The notes under the pieces: generated by a model
Told to the model about the DNA's origin: nothing
The model's database searches: none
What the model saw: only the letters and a program-made list of their open reading frames with translations
Part shown: positions 12,125 through 24,925 of the stretch, one piece after another
Numbering within the stretch: the first letter of the stretch is position 1
How the letters are laid out: the number at the start of each line of letters is the position of its first letter
Assembly (NCBI GenBank): GCA_020137815.1
Contig: CM035360.1
Coordinates: 2,790,001 to 2,854,000, forward strand
From: Hormiphora californensis
Lineage: Eukaryota > Animalia > Ctenophora
Length of the DNA: 64,000 nt
Reading direction: 5' to 3'
Program-made: the position numbers and the translations under genes

Positions 12125-13306
12125 GACCCGGGACCCCCCCTCTCTCTCTGATGAGAAATTAGGAATTGGGTTCATTTAACCGTGACCTAACATGATGAGT
12201 TATAAGGTTGATGACAAGTTTTCTCTCTTACTCTTCCCTCCCTATATCTTTCTCACGCTCCTTCCACCGTTCCCAAGATTTCTCATGACACAACCTCTTC
12301 CTGTGCGGTTGTATCTTATACCCATTCATCATTGTGCATAAACAAACACTTGTGTGTCCAACTTTATGTGTTATAAAGGGGATGGAGAACATTCCTTCAC
12401 TGCAACCAGTTGTGTTTCCTTGAACAGTGTTTCCAAGTTTAGTTAGAAATCTTAGTTTTCACAACTATTTTCACAACAAATTTTAGTTTTCATCAACTAT
12501 CACCAGTATTGTATCACCAGTTTTGTATACCCCGTTCTAAACTTCTTCCTAGTAAATTCGCACTCATTTTATATCATAACAATTGTTATTACAACCGTTG
12601 TGTTTATTGATCCGGAAATTAATCGATCCAATTAATGGAGGAAAGGGGGCCATTATAAAGGCAGAAATTAATTGATCCAATTAACGGCGAGGAATCATCA
12701 TTTCTGTTATTTCCTTTCATCATGTTTCCCCTACTGCCTCCCATGAGGAGAAGATCACAGCGCCGTTCTCTCGGTCACATTGGTGATCCGGGGGGTCTAG
12801 TCGAGGACACAATTCTTGAGGATGGTCAATGTGAGTCATGCAGTAGTGTACCAAACATCACACATGTGACATATTAGTGTTTTTTGGTGACTCCTCCGTG
12901 CTAACATGTTACAACTTACACTATATATAATAGTGTAGTAAACTTCTCACATTTCTTTGCTCAACTCTCGATAACTGCGAGAAACATAATACCTATTGTT
13001 GTTTTGTTAAAAAACTATCAATTCGAGTTAGTATGAGAGCAGTATACATTGGGTATATTGAACATCAACACTTATTGTATCGCTCAGTTGACTGTCTTAC
13101 TATTTTGTTAGTTACATTAGTTACGTGTTAGTTACGTGTTATACCGTTCTCAACAAGGTGTGACTCATTCTTAAAATGACTTCATCGGTCCTATATCGTG
13201 TCTCATTCTACAATACACAGATTCCCCCTAGTTTTATAACATTCGTCACTTCTGTGCTACTTGTACAAGTGCAACTTTATATCTCACATCTTGTTGTACA
13301 CAACAA

Positions 13307-16300
13307 CCCAGTGCCCCGAATTTCAGAAATCTAAAAAAATATTTTTCTAAGCCTTCAGCTAGGCTGCAAGATTCTATTCGCTAGGCTGCAAATTTTTGCT
13401 CGGTCTCGGCTGCTAGTGCTACGCAGCCTCGACCTCACGACGTACGTCAGCATCGTAGAAGTTGGGCTAATAGAGAAAAAAGTACCATTTTCGGGGCAAA
13501 ATCATCGTGCAGCCCATAATGGGAAAATTTACTCAAAATTTTCTGCAGCCGGGCTGCAAGAATCTGGTGACCTACAACTATGGCTCATGCAACTATGGCT
13601 CATAAAATCTATGAGCCATAGATGCATGCAACTATGGCTCATAGATTTTATGAGCCATAGATGCATACAACTATGGCTCATAGAAATGTGATCTGATTAG
13701 GTTCTATGATATGAGCCAAAGCTAGTGAGAGTGAGAGCGACGTGAATGACACGTGAGTGACACGTGAGTGACACGTGAGTGACATGTGAGTGACACGTGA
13801 GTTTTCGAATCATGTAATATTAAATGAGCACAAATGTAAACGATTTACATAATGATAAATCTAATATTACATAATTAAAATTACACTATCAGTTCATCTT
13901 GGATATAATGGTAAACGGGGTCCTTCTTTGGACAGTTCATAGAGCATTTCACGTGAATCAGCAGCTCCTTAACACGATGTTTATTCAAATCTAGGATCGG
14001 ATAGGTATTAAACAGCCGCCTTGCATTATCACTATCAGGATCCACAGTAAAAAACTCTCCAACAGGTCTGATTTTCGAGAAAGTAGTATAGGTAGGATGT
14101 TCCCAGAAATTGCCTGGCTAAAGTTTCTGATCTTTCACACTCTTCCAAAACCTCCCGGTACTCGTTGAACGTTGTAGTGTTGTTCGTGACGTCGATAACA
14201 ATTATAGCTAGTGAATCCACTAACAAATTCTAATGAGCGGGATGGATATTTGACAGTGTCACATATCCACCCCCCTCACTGACACGATTCTGGGATGCGT
14301 CATTAGCAGAGTGAAACGATACGAGATACGAAACTTATGATTCAGGGGAGCTCATTAGCAGTGTGTGACGATAGGTATATGGAACATGATTCGGGGAAGC
14401 TGATTAGGAGTGCTAGACGATATGAGACACGATTCGGAGAATATTTTATCGCTCTTTCTATCTATCTCTATCTCTATCTATCTCTATCTCTTTTTGTCAA
14501 TTATCTTGGACTTGAGAACCAGATGAGGTGCCTACCATTATACTATAATGCGAGCTGACGCTACACACTTGGTGAGTTTAGTGCCCTTATTTTTGGTAAT
14601 AAGAGCCTATCGGCTCGCCTCATTGTTTTTAGGAGGATATGTTGTTTTAGATGGAATGCGTTGGGTTTTTTTTTTCGAGTCTTGCCAAACAGACCAAATT
14701 CAAACCATTCCATCTAAAACAACAACATATCCCCCTAAAAACAACGGGGCTGAGCCGACATCCAGATAAAAAAGGAAAAGGAGTATGGACAAAAATAAGG
14801 GCACCAAAGTTTGTAGCTTCCTCGCATTAGTATGAGTAGGTATCTCATCTGGTTCTCAATTGACAAAAAGAAATAGAGATAGATAGAAAGAGCGATAAAA
14901 TATTCTCCGAATCGTGTCTCATATCGTCTAGCACTCCTAATAAGCTTCCCCGAATCATGTTCCATATATACCGTATCGTCTCACACTGCTAATGAGCTCC
15001 CCCGAATCATAAGTTTCGTATCTCGTATCGTTTCACTCTGCTAATGACGCATCCCAGAATCGTGTCAGTGAGGGGGGGGGGTGGATATGTGACACTGTCA
15101 AATATCCATCCCGCTCATTAGAATTTGTTAGTGGATTCACTAGCTATAATTGTTATCGACGTCACGAACAACACTACAACGTTCAACGAGTACCGGGAGG
15201 TTTTGGAAGAGTGTGAAAGATCAGAAACTTTAGCCAGGCAATTTCTGGGAACATCCTACCTATACTACTTTCTCGAAAATCAGACCTGTTGGAGAGTTTT
15301 TTACTGTGGATCCTGATAGTGATAATGCAAGGCGGCTGTTTAGTACCTATCCGATCATAGATTTGAATAAACATCGTGTTAAGGAGCTGCTGATTCACGT
15401 GAAATGCTCTATGAACTGTCCAAAGAAGGACCCCTGTTACCATTATATCCAAGATGAACTGATAGTGTAATTTTAATTATGTAATATTAGATTTATCATT
15501 ATGTAAATCGTTTACATTTGTGCTCATTTAATATTACATGATTCGAAAACTCACGTGTCACTCACATGTCACTCACGTGTCACTCACGTGTCACTCACGT
15601 GTCACTCACGTGTCACTCACGTGTCACTCACTCTCACTAGCTTTGGCTCATAGAACCTAATCAGATCACATTTCTATGAGCCATAGTTGTATGCATCTAT
15701 GGCTCATAAAATCTATGAGCCATAGTTGCATGCATCTATGGCTCATAGATTTTATGAGCCATAGTTGCATGAGCCATAGTTGTAGGTAATCCAAGAATCT
15801 CGACACCGAAATACATATGTATTTCACACTCTAATGAGGGGGATGGATATGTGACACCATTCTGGGACGCCCTGTTAGAGCATTGGCCTGACAGGGGACG
15901 CCTAATTAGCAAAATCATCGTGCAGCCCAGAATGGGAAAATTTCCTCGAAATTTTCTGCAGCCGGGCTGCAAGAATCTCGACACCGAAATACATATGTAT
16001 TTCATACTCTAATGAGGGGGATGGATATGTGACACCATTCTGGGACGCCTTATTAGCACTGTTAGCCAATACGGGATATTAAACACATGTGATTCGGGGA
16101 ATCTTATATTTCATATTTTCTGCAGCCCGGGCTGCAATATCAGTCGAGGTTATTTTATTTAGGCTGCAAAAAATCAGTCAGGCTGCAAATATTTGCTCAA
16201 ACAAGATTAATTGCATTATGTTCTAACATAATGCTGAATTTCCCTGCCATGTGAATCTATGAAGAAAGGAAATCATGACCAGATCCGCTGTAGCAGCAAG

Positions 16301-16676
16301 CGGGACACAAAATCCCGATCATTTATATATCACACAAACAGTATAGAGCAAATCCTAGTGTTTTAGTAGCACTAAATTGCGCGCCACGCCGCCACATTGC
16401 GCGCCACACATTTCCTGAAAACGTGCCAATGAAGTGGTTTATGAAGGAGCAGCTCGTAACTGTGTGCGCGGCTCTTGTTGCTACACCGTTGCCCCTCGCA
16501 ACTAAAGTGTGACCAAAATGGTCCCTCTACCGATTAGTTAGTATACCAAAATGTCGTTTTCGAATTCTAACCCTGCTATGCCTTTTTACAAAGTAAAAAG
16601 GCATCCGGGTGAATGCCTTCGGCATTCACCCGGGCAGGGAAAAAATTACACGGGTTTGCAATATCGGGGCACTGGG
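13307..16676. mobile_element. 3.4-kb non-autonomous TIR element (CCCAG ends, 8-bp TSD) hosting a nested foldback
   Basis: CCCAGTGCCCCGA / TCGGGGCACTGGG; TSD CACAACAA at 13299-13306 and 16677-16684; internal GCTGCA-rich repeats. Confidence 0.85.
13566..15791. mobile_element. 2.2-kb foldback element with 9-bp TSD (Mutator/MULE-like), nested
   Basis: Arms of ~900 bp are nearly perfectly inverted (identical ORFs 14035-14226 and 15125-15316 on opposite strands); CAAGAATCT at 13557-13565 and 15792-15800; the empty target GGGCTGCAAGAATCTCGACACCG is intact at ~15964-15986. Confidence 0.88.
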
Positions 16677-16757
16677 CACAACAACAACATAGTCGTGTGT
16701 GTGTGTGTGTGTGTGTGGGATGGTGTGTAACATGATCGGGCTTCTATATAGATTCAC

Positions 16758-16813
<56 letters not shown>

Positions 16814-16964
16814 GTGCCATGTTTCCAATTTCTAGTTTCTAATTCAGGTCGATTTCTTCTCTTAGCCTTGGAATGATTTAGTCCCTTTCTCTCTACCCGG
16901 TACCCCCCACCAATGTAAATTGCCATGCTTTTCAGGGACACACGATTCAGCGCACAGGAAGAGG

Positions 16965-17467
16965 ATGGCGATGGCAAACAAACGTCATTTTGATTCGGAT
17001 TGTGTCAATATAGATTGTGAGGGACGGGATGGATTGTTATACGTTGTAGGACGAGGTGAGTTCGTCAACACATCGTACGAGTGTTCCTCGTTTTGGTGTA
17101 ACTAAGATAGCCTCTATAGGTAGTTAGTAGGTTCTAAAGGTCCCCCCAAACTACTATGTCCCTCACTCGGGTTTTGTGAAATTTCCCACGGTCATAACTC
17201 CACTCCCTGATGAGATAGAGACTTGAAATTTGTTTCGTAGGAAGAACTCGATATGATCTCCTCACAAAACAAATTTCAAGTCTCTATCTTATCAGGTGGT
17301 GGAGCTATTGACGTCTAAAATCCGGTCGCGCGCAGCAAGGGACATAGTAGTTTGGGGTGACCTTTAGTGTGTATGTGCCATGCTATTCCGTGTATATGTG
17401 ATGAGAGCCGAGAGGTGAGTGCACAATTTCCTTAATTGCACTTGCTTGTGTACTATCTCTCTCTCTC

Positions 17468-17546
<79 letters not shown>

Positions 17547-20500
17547 TATTTCTGTCTCCGTGTATAACGTAGATCTGTCTGTTTGTGTGTCTGTGTAAGT
17601 TTTATTCCCTGTCTGTTTCTAATGTTTAGCGGTTAACGTCATGTTGAGTTATCTACACTCTACACACGACATCTCTCTTCATTTCTCCCACTATATTCCT
17701 CTCTCCCTCTCTCTCTTCAGTCTTCATTTCTCTCCCTCTCCCTGTGCCATCTCGCTATTCTACTAATAACTATCTCCCTCTATTTCCTATATGTTACCCC
17801 CTCTGCAGATAATGCTCGTCTTCACAAGTGGCGATCAGAGAAGGGGGCCCTGGTCTATCCGGACTGGATCAAGGGAGAGATAGTAATTGGAGGAAGGGAT
17901 GAAACTAAAAAAGAAATTAGGGATGAAGTCTACAATTTAATTGTAAGTTGGTCTATATCTGAATTCTGATAACCCAAATCCTACATACCGTGTGCGGCAA
18001 AAAAAATCCCCCCCTAGACCACCATAGTTGCCGATGTGGTGGAGAGCTGTAACTTGGCAGGGTTGCTCCACTATGTCTATCTTGATCCTGACAGAAAAAT
18101 CAGAGCTCTAGCTCAAAATTCATTTTTTTGATAGGAATGAACATTGTCATTCATTCCAAGAAAAAAATATTTTCGGTCCAGAATTCAAGCAATTATCTTT
18201 GGCCATCGATTAGCTTTCCAATGTGACCAAGATCATCTAAATTGGGCAACCACAAGAGACACAGTGTCATGTTTCTTAAAGTTAGTCAGGTCATGTGATC
18301 TTCACCGAATCGTTGATTATCCGGGATTGCTAATCGAGCCAATGGGCAGAGGAATCTCGTATCACGGCCGCTAATGAGGTATGTGTACCAATACAGGACA
18401 TTTATCAAAGAGCTACAGATCTCATGACCAATCAGCATCGTCATCCCTCATTAGTAGCCGTGATACGTGATTCTCTACCACTTAGACCGATTCGTAATAC
18501 TGAACACTCAACGATTCGGTGAAGATCACATGACCTGACTAACTTTAAGAAACATGACACTGTGTCTCTTGTGGTTGCCCAATTTAGATGATCTTGGTCA
18601 CATTGGAAAGCTAATCGATGGCCAAAGATAATTGCTTGAATTCTGGACCGAAAATATTTTTTTCTTGGAATGAATGACAATGTTCATTCCTATCAAAAAA
18701 ATGAATTTTGAGCTAGAGCTCTGATTTTTCTGTCAGGATCAAGATAGACATAGTGGAGCAACCCTGCCAAGTTACAGCTCTCCACCACATCGGCAACTAT
18801 GGTGGTCTAGGGGGGGGATTTTTTTTGCCGCACACGGTAGCATCGGGACGAACCGAAAATACTTAGTTTATAAATGTTAAACGTACTTCAGGAGCACCAT
18901 GTAAAACGATCTCACATTATCTCTCTCCTAGTTAAAGTAACGATCTCACATTCTCTCTCTCCTAGTTAAAGTAACGATCTCACATTCTCTCTCTCCTAGT
19001 TAAAGTAACGATCTCACTTATACCCCAGGAAGACAAAGAAGTTTCAGAGTTCTACGTGCCCCAAGTTGTCAACCTCTCCTTTCTCCTTGGTCACAACTGT
19101 AAAAATCTGAAGAAGATAGAGGATCAAACGGGGACATTTCTCCGACCGAAGGGCTCTCACAAGAGTATCATGATTTGTGGAAGTGAGAGGGGATCCAGGG
19201 ATTTTGCGAAGAAAATGTTGAAGGAACTGTGTGGGGATGTAAGTAATGGATTTCTCCCCGATTTAATTCTTGCTCATTCAGAATAGTTCTAACTCTCCTT
19301 TGCATTACCGGGGCGTGGTGAAACAGGCTGAGGGCCGAGTAAGGGATGGCGGACTCGACTAGTGCTAACTTATAGAGTGTAGCACTAGACTCCGCTTACT
19401 GTAATTAGAAAATGGGAGGTTTCCTGCTATAGATTATTCATTATACACATAAACGTAGACAGATTTATTCTACTCATTAACATATTTCAAATCATTACTT
19501 TGGATTTAGAACATGACACTCACCCACGACACTTTTTATTGGTATCTTTTTCACAGTGCCCTGTGCAGAAAGTGTTTATAACCCCCCCCCCCCCCCCCGT
19601 CTAAATAAACTATTTTCAGTTATGATATCCTGTCAAATTAATCCGTTTCTCTCCAGTTATACTTCCCCCGTGCCGCCTAATACAATTCAATCTCCCCAGC
19701 TGTACCCCGGTCCCCACTTCGTGCTCACACCCCCTCTCTCTCTCAGCTCTACCCCACCTCGTGCTCACACCCCCTCTCTCTCTCAGCTCTACCCCACCTC
19801 GTGCTCACACCCCCTCTCTCTCCAGCTATACCCCACCTCGTGCTCACACCCCATCTCTCTCAGCTGTACCCCACTTCGTGTTCTCATCTGCTGGTCAATG
19901 GAAACGTCCCCAGATCTGCTACCGTTGTATTTATTGACAAGGATTATGGTTTCCTACCCGTTACTGCTACCGGCAGACAACCCAAGTAAGCAGCAGGTTT
20001 TCTTTGTTATGTTCTAACCCTCCTTTGACCTTTACATTTGAGGGTCGAGCAAGTTTTTTTATAATCCTTCTAATTCTTGTCAAAATACGGCTTGACCTCA
20101 TATTTTTGGGGGGCAAGCTAATACCTTCACTAAATGTTAGCTAGGGACCTCCTGAGACACCAAAAAAAGTTTACAGCCCTACTCGTTGGGGGAGGTCATT
20201 TCCGGGCCACGCCCTTTTTAATAAAAAGCGTAACTACCCTTAGGAAAGGAGTAGAGACAAAATTAAGGGCACCAAAGTGTTCAGCGTCCTCGCATTAGTG
20301 GGGGTAGGTGCCGAAATTAAGGCTCTATCTCATCTGGTTAATTAGATAATTGGATAATTAGGTATGTGCATAGCCGTTTGAGGGTCATATGGCTATAGCC
20401 ATGTTAGGAACGGAGTAGAGACAAAATCAAGGGCATTAAAATGATCAGCGTCCTCGAATTAGTGGGGGTAGGTGCTGAAATTAAGTCTCTATCTCATCTG

Positions 20501-23500
20501 GTTAATTAGATAATTGGATAATTAGGTTTGCACATAACCGTTTTTTGGCTATATGGCTATAGCCACTTAGGAATGGTTTAGAGACTTTTCACTGGTGCTA
20601 TTTTGTTCAGAAGAAAATTTTAATCTAAGAGTTGTGGAAAAATTTAGGCTCTATTCCGTTATTTGCGGTCAAAGAAAGTCAAATCAGCCGGGAATGCCAA
20701 AAAATGGGGGGAAAATTGGCCGAAAATGCCAAAAAGTAAATTGGCCTACTTTGACCGCAAATAACGCCAAAACGGTAAGAGATGGGACCTAAATTTTTCC
20801 ACAACTCTTAAATTAAAATTTTCTTCTGAAAAAATGGCACCAGTTAAAAGTCTCTAAACCATTCCTAAGTGGCTATAGCCATATAGCCAAAAAACGGTTA
20901 TGTGCAAACCTAATTATCCAATTATCTAATTAACCAGATGAGATAGAGACTTAATTTCAGCACCTACCCCCACTAATTCGAGGACGCTGATAATTTTAAT
21001 GCCCTTGATTTTGTCTCTACTCCGTTCCTAACATGGATATAGCCATATGGCCCTCAAACGGCTATGCGCATACCTAATTATCCAATTATCTAATTAACCA
21101 GATGAGATAGAGACTTAATTCACTTTGGCGCCCTTAATTTTGTCTCTACTCCTTTCCTAAGGGTAGTTACGCTTTTTGTTAAAAAGGGCGTGGCCCGGAA
21201 ATGACCTCCCCCCAACGAGCAGGGCTGTAAACTTTTTTTTGGTGTTTCAGGAGGTCCCTAGCTACCATTTAGTGAAGGAATTAGCTTGCCCCCCAAAAAT
21301 ATGAGGTCATAGCAAGAATTCAATAGATTATTAACTGTGCCTGTTTTTGTTTGTGTCATTTTATCGTGTCTATGAGTCTCGGGGACAGTCAACATTTTAC
21401 ACTTTCACAGGACACTTGTGCTAGAGGAGAGGCAGGCGTTTCTGGAGGATACTGATGAGAATAAGTTGTCCCTTTCTTCCCCTTATGAGCAAGTGGATGG
21501 TGCAATGCAACAAGCGAGGCCGCTGTGAGTTGTTTGAGAGTTATTATATGATAGAAGAGAGAGACTGACTTGTTCAGACTGTAAAAAGAGAGTTTAAATA
21601 ATAGAAGAGAGAGAGGGAGAGATATGGTACAGTTTAGCTATTAATAAGTCACTTGGTACTCTCTGTATAACTACTAAGTACCAGTTATTGTAAGTTACTA
21701 AATATAGAATGTGATCTGATCTCCCATCATCTCATTCCAGTGGGACCCTTCTACAGACCAATTCAGAGTTCATCCAGCAATGTTTGTTCTACTTTCTTAA
21801 CGAAGTTCGGCCCCACAAGGGCCAAATAACGCTCTCTGCTTGGTGAGTTGTTTTGTAACGCGCAGAGATCTGGTAGTATTGGAGTTGTTATTGTCAGTAT
21901 GCTGGCCGCGCGTGATAATCGCTCCATGTGCACCAGCTGCGCCCTGCGGTTCGCCCTGTCTGTCTGAAGTCACAGTGTGGTCTTTGGTTAATAACTTCTC
22001 AGATCGGTCCTGAGGCGCCAGACAGCGGTAGATTTTTCTTCAGATGAAGATGGTGACTATAATTTTAGCGTGTTCAAATGCCAGCAATCACCCCTTTTAG
22101 TTTTGGCAAGATAATATTTCTGGATCTAAATGAGGACGTTTCATCTGTTTGTTGGCGAATAGAGGAGTTTGCCTACCAATCAATGCTCTTTAAAATGAAT
22201 ACAATCTTCAGCAACAGGTAGTTTATCACACCCTGATTTACAAGTCTCACTGATACGGTACGCAGCAGGAACCGACCGAAACAAGTAAACAACCAATCAG
22301 AACTCGTTATTTAGGTCTCGTGACTGGTTATCAGCCAATCAGGGACCAGTATTCCCTAATTCGGTCGATTCCTGGTACGCAATGTATCATCTGATGCCTG
22401 ATCTATACCTTCGATCTTAGACATCCCCAAGTGGGTTGGGTTTCACCAAATTACATATACCAGAACGCCCTAACATTTACCTCGTACCTCTCTCAGGTGC
22501 GACACAGTATCAGAGAACTTTTCTGATCGAGTTGGTGGTATTATTGAGGACAGCAATCTGATTTACGAGGTAGTATATCCCAGGGAACCCCCTCCCCCAT
22601 CTCCTCTTTGTGCTATTAGAACAAACTGACAAAATCCCTGCCCTGCATATACATACGAATTGATATGAATAGGATTAATATAGTAGTTATTAATATTCGC
22701 CAAAGGGCCGAAAGAAGTGGTACACTACCGAGAAAAGATCATTTTCTTGGCGCGAGATATCTCTTCAATCTTCAGTAAAGATTCATTACTACCTTAGTTT
22801 GGAGTGATAGACAAGCGTGCTGCAAATGACAAGCTGAGGAACGTTCTAGTGACGGCCAAATTTGTAGAGAACGGTGATGAAAACTCGGGGAGATTTGAAG
22901 TTGTCAGCTATTGTCAACAATGACAATAAGCAAAAGGTAATCATTCGTCCGATAAAGTCCACAGTTCCCGGGGAACTTCCCGCAGAAGGAATTCTAATGA
23001 CTAATACCTATCCTCCCTTAATTTCAGGAGTTCACCAAGGACGGAGAACTCAACCCCCAAAGACCGGAACGATTCTCAGCCCAGATAGCCTGTCTAGGAC
23101 TAGGAAGGTTGACGTTCAGTTGAAACTAGAATGTCGTCCTGTGGCCGCCACACACGCCCCATCAGTTAGCCGATTCACCTGACGCGCTCACTCGAGAGGA
23201 TGATGGGTCCCTAAATTTCGAGCAGACTGGCCAGCTGTTGTTGCTCAGTTCTCGGAGAGTTAGTGAGAGTACAGTTGCTGTTGGCAACGGGAGGATCAGG
23301 GTGAGAGGGATTCAGAGGGGAATAATTGCGAAGGATAATGGAACTATTAAATTCGAAACGGAATCTGTCAATAATGTCGAGGTAAACACACTTAATTACT
23401 GCCATCATTAATTATTTTAGACTTAAATCTGGTTGACCCTACTTACAACTCTCATTGTTGAGTGAGAAGCACCCTCTATCTATTACCACGCCCCCAGATA

Positions 23501-23739
23501 GCTAGTAGGTTAGGTTAGAACCCCGTTAGAACATATAATAACATATAATATAATAACATATCTCTCTCTCTCTCCAGGTAAGTAGTAAGGTTTGGGAGAC
23601 TGCGTTTACACAGAACCTGACAGCTAGTCAAGATGAGTCTGCTAAGATGACATGGTCAGGGGAACAACTGTTATGCAAGGACTTGGAGGAATTCATGACT
23701 GTTGTACAAATTGCATCGAAATATGTGAAACCTATTTGA
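16965..23739 (+). CDS. Protein with two degenerate N-terminal KH domains and an unrecognised C-terminal region; spliced
   Basis: Exons ~16936-17055 (..LLYVVGR), 17809-17942 (NARLHKWRSEKGA..EIVIGGRDE), 19029-19238 (FLLGHNCKNLKKIEDQTGT..IMICGS), 19864-19985, 21410-21524, 21741-21842, ~22498-22569, ~22798-22936, ~23028-23322, ~23578-23739 (stop TGA). A phase-compatible candidate first exon lies at 12722-12830 (low confidence). Middle exons are uncertain. Confidence 0.7.
17137..17364. mobile_element. MITE with CTAA-AGG...CCT-TTAG ends (Kolobok-like or TA TSD) carrying the AGAGAC..GTCTCT module
   Basis: AAGGTCCCCCCAAACTACTATGTCCCT / AGGGACATAGTAGTTTGGGGTGACCTT. Confidence 0.75.
17988..18837. mobile_element. 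Palindromic MITE with ~325-bp near-perfect arms and TA TSD
   Basis: TA-CCGTGTGCGGCAAAAAAA ... TTTTTTTGCCGCACACGG-TA; mirror ORFs at 18144-18374 and 18441-18680. Confidence 0.9.
20090..21310. mobile_element. 1.2-kb palindromic element, same family as 9406-10288 with a duplicated module
   Basis: TGACCTCATATTTTTGGGGGGCAAGCTAA ... TTAGCTTGCCCCCCAAAAATATGAGGTCA; centre at ~20710. Confidence 0.88.
22266..22374. mobile_element. 109-bp hAT-like MITE (CAGGAACCGACCGAA TIR, 8-bp TSD)
   Basis: TSD GTACGCAG/GTACGCAA; other copies at 34107-34214 (GTTAAATT/GTGAAATT) and 60132-60224 (ATTAGAAT, perfect). Confidence 0.88.
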
Positions 23740-24231
23740 GGATTTCTTTAGATATCTGATGAGGATAATACAGAATTCTTTAGCGAAATAAGATTGTAGG
23801 GTTGAGAAACAGTCCTCCCTTTTAGTTTTAATATGAACTATGTTGAGTGTTGACTAATGCAAATTAATTGCACTCGTAATCATTTATTCTATCTGGACAG
23901 TTTGTAATTACTGGCAGCCTTGTCATGTTGTTGAATGTTGTAATTTACAAGATGAGCAACACATGAGAGAAAATGATATGATGCCCCCGCTTTTTCTGCG
24001 TGATTTTCTCAGCTTTCTTCGTAAAATGTAAATGACTATCAGCTAAGTGGAGTTAAAAAGAAAAGATAAATTATTTTTACACCGATATAAATGTTTTTGT
24101 AAAACCATTATATTTCAGTTCAACTGCACCCAAACTCTCTCTCCTAATTCCGGCCACACCTCAGGCTGTCTGTCAGTGCGCCCAGGTCAGATGGGGTCTG
24201 AGACGCCAGACAGCCCCTGGAGTGGTGTTTC

Positions 24232-24639
24232 CTAATACCGGCCACACCTCAGCAGGGGTCTAGCGAATGTCTTCTGAAAGGCCCTCACACTATCTGGCGA
24301 GGTAGAAGTCACCAAGTTCCTATCATTTCTATCCATCCACTGTTTAGCAGTCATCCCCTGACTAGAACTAGGAGGGAGAGGGTGGGGCTGGTACCTGGAC
24401 CCATTCAGAGAATGGATCTCCGGATTGAAACAGGGAAGGGATGTACTGAGGGGCTCCCGGACTATAGGTTTCCTACAGGTGGCAGGTTCTGTGGTGTATT
24501 CCGTGGTGTTGGAGAGAGCGGAGGGTTTGTGGTGGAGTGAGGGCTGGACAGGGGGTCGGGTGGAGGGGTGAGGAAGGTAGGATACAGTGTAGACACTCTC
24601 TTTGTGCAGTAGAGTCTCAGGTTTTAAAAGTAGCTCCAT
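24232..24639 (-). CDS. 135-aa orphan ORF immediately behind a splice acceptor
   Basis: CTCCCCTACTCAG|TTGAT ATG; non-repetitive open frame; no recognisable domain. Confidence 0.55.
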   Translation of the reverse strand: MELLLKPETLLHKESVYTVSYLPHPSTRPPVQPSLHHKPSALSNTTEYTTEPATCRKPIVREPLSTSLPCFNPEIHSLNGSRYQPHPLPPSSSQGMTAKQWMDRNDRNLVTSTSPDSVRAFQKTFARPLLRCGRY

Positions 24640-24925
24640 ATCAACTGAGTAGGGGAGAAAGATTAGGAGATTTGTAGCAGATGGTGATCACTGAAAACAA
24701 ATTCAAACAAGGGAACTTAGAGGATAGAAACAAATGTGTGTGGCAGTGGACAACAAGCAGGGACCCTCTCTCTTCCATGCGCTGCATGAGAGAGAGAGAG
24801 AGGGAGGACTCTCTACTTCTACTAAATAAAAAGGGGATGGAGTGTGTTATAGAACATGGGGAGAGAGACCCCTAACCCTATTACATGGTCGCCATGGTAA
24901 CTTAGTGACAACTGATACCTTTTTT

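Noticed and set aside
14035-15316. Identical ORF pairs on opposite strands (also 18144/18441, 55933/56451, 30768/31394)
   Set aside because: By-products of palindromic arms; no transposase or other domain motifs.
17812-17905. ATG just after the 17808 acceptor as the KH gene start
   Set aside because: Out of frame with the KH reading frame, which is phase 1 and joins the upstream exon ending at 17055.
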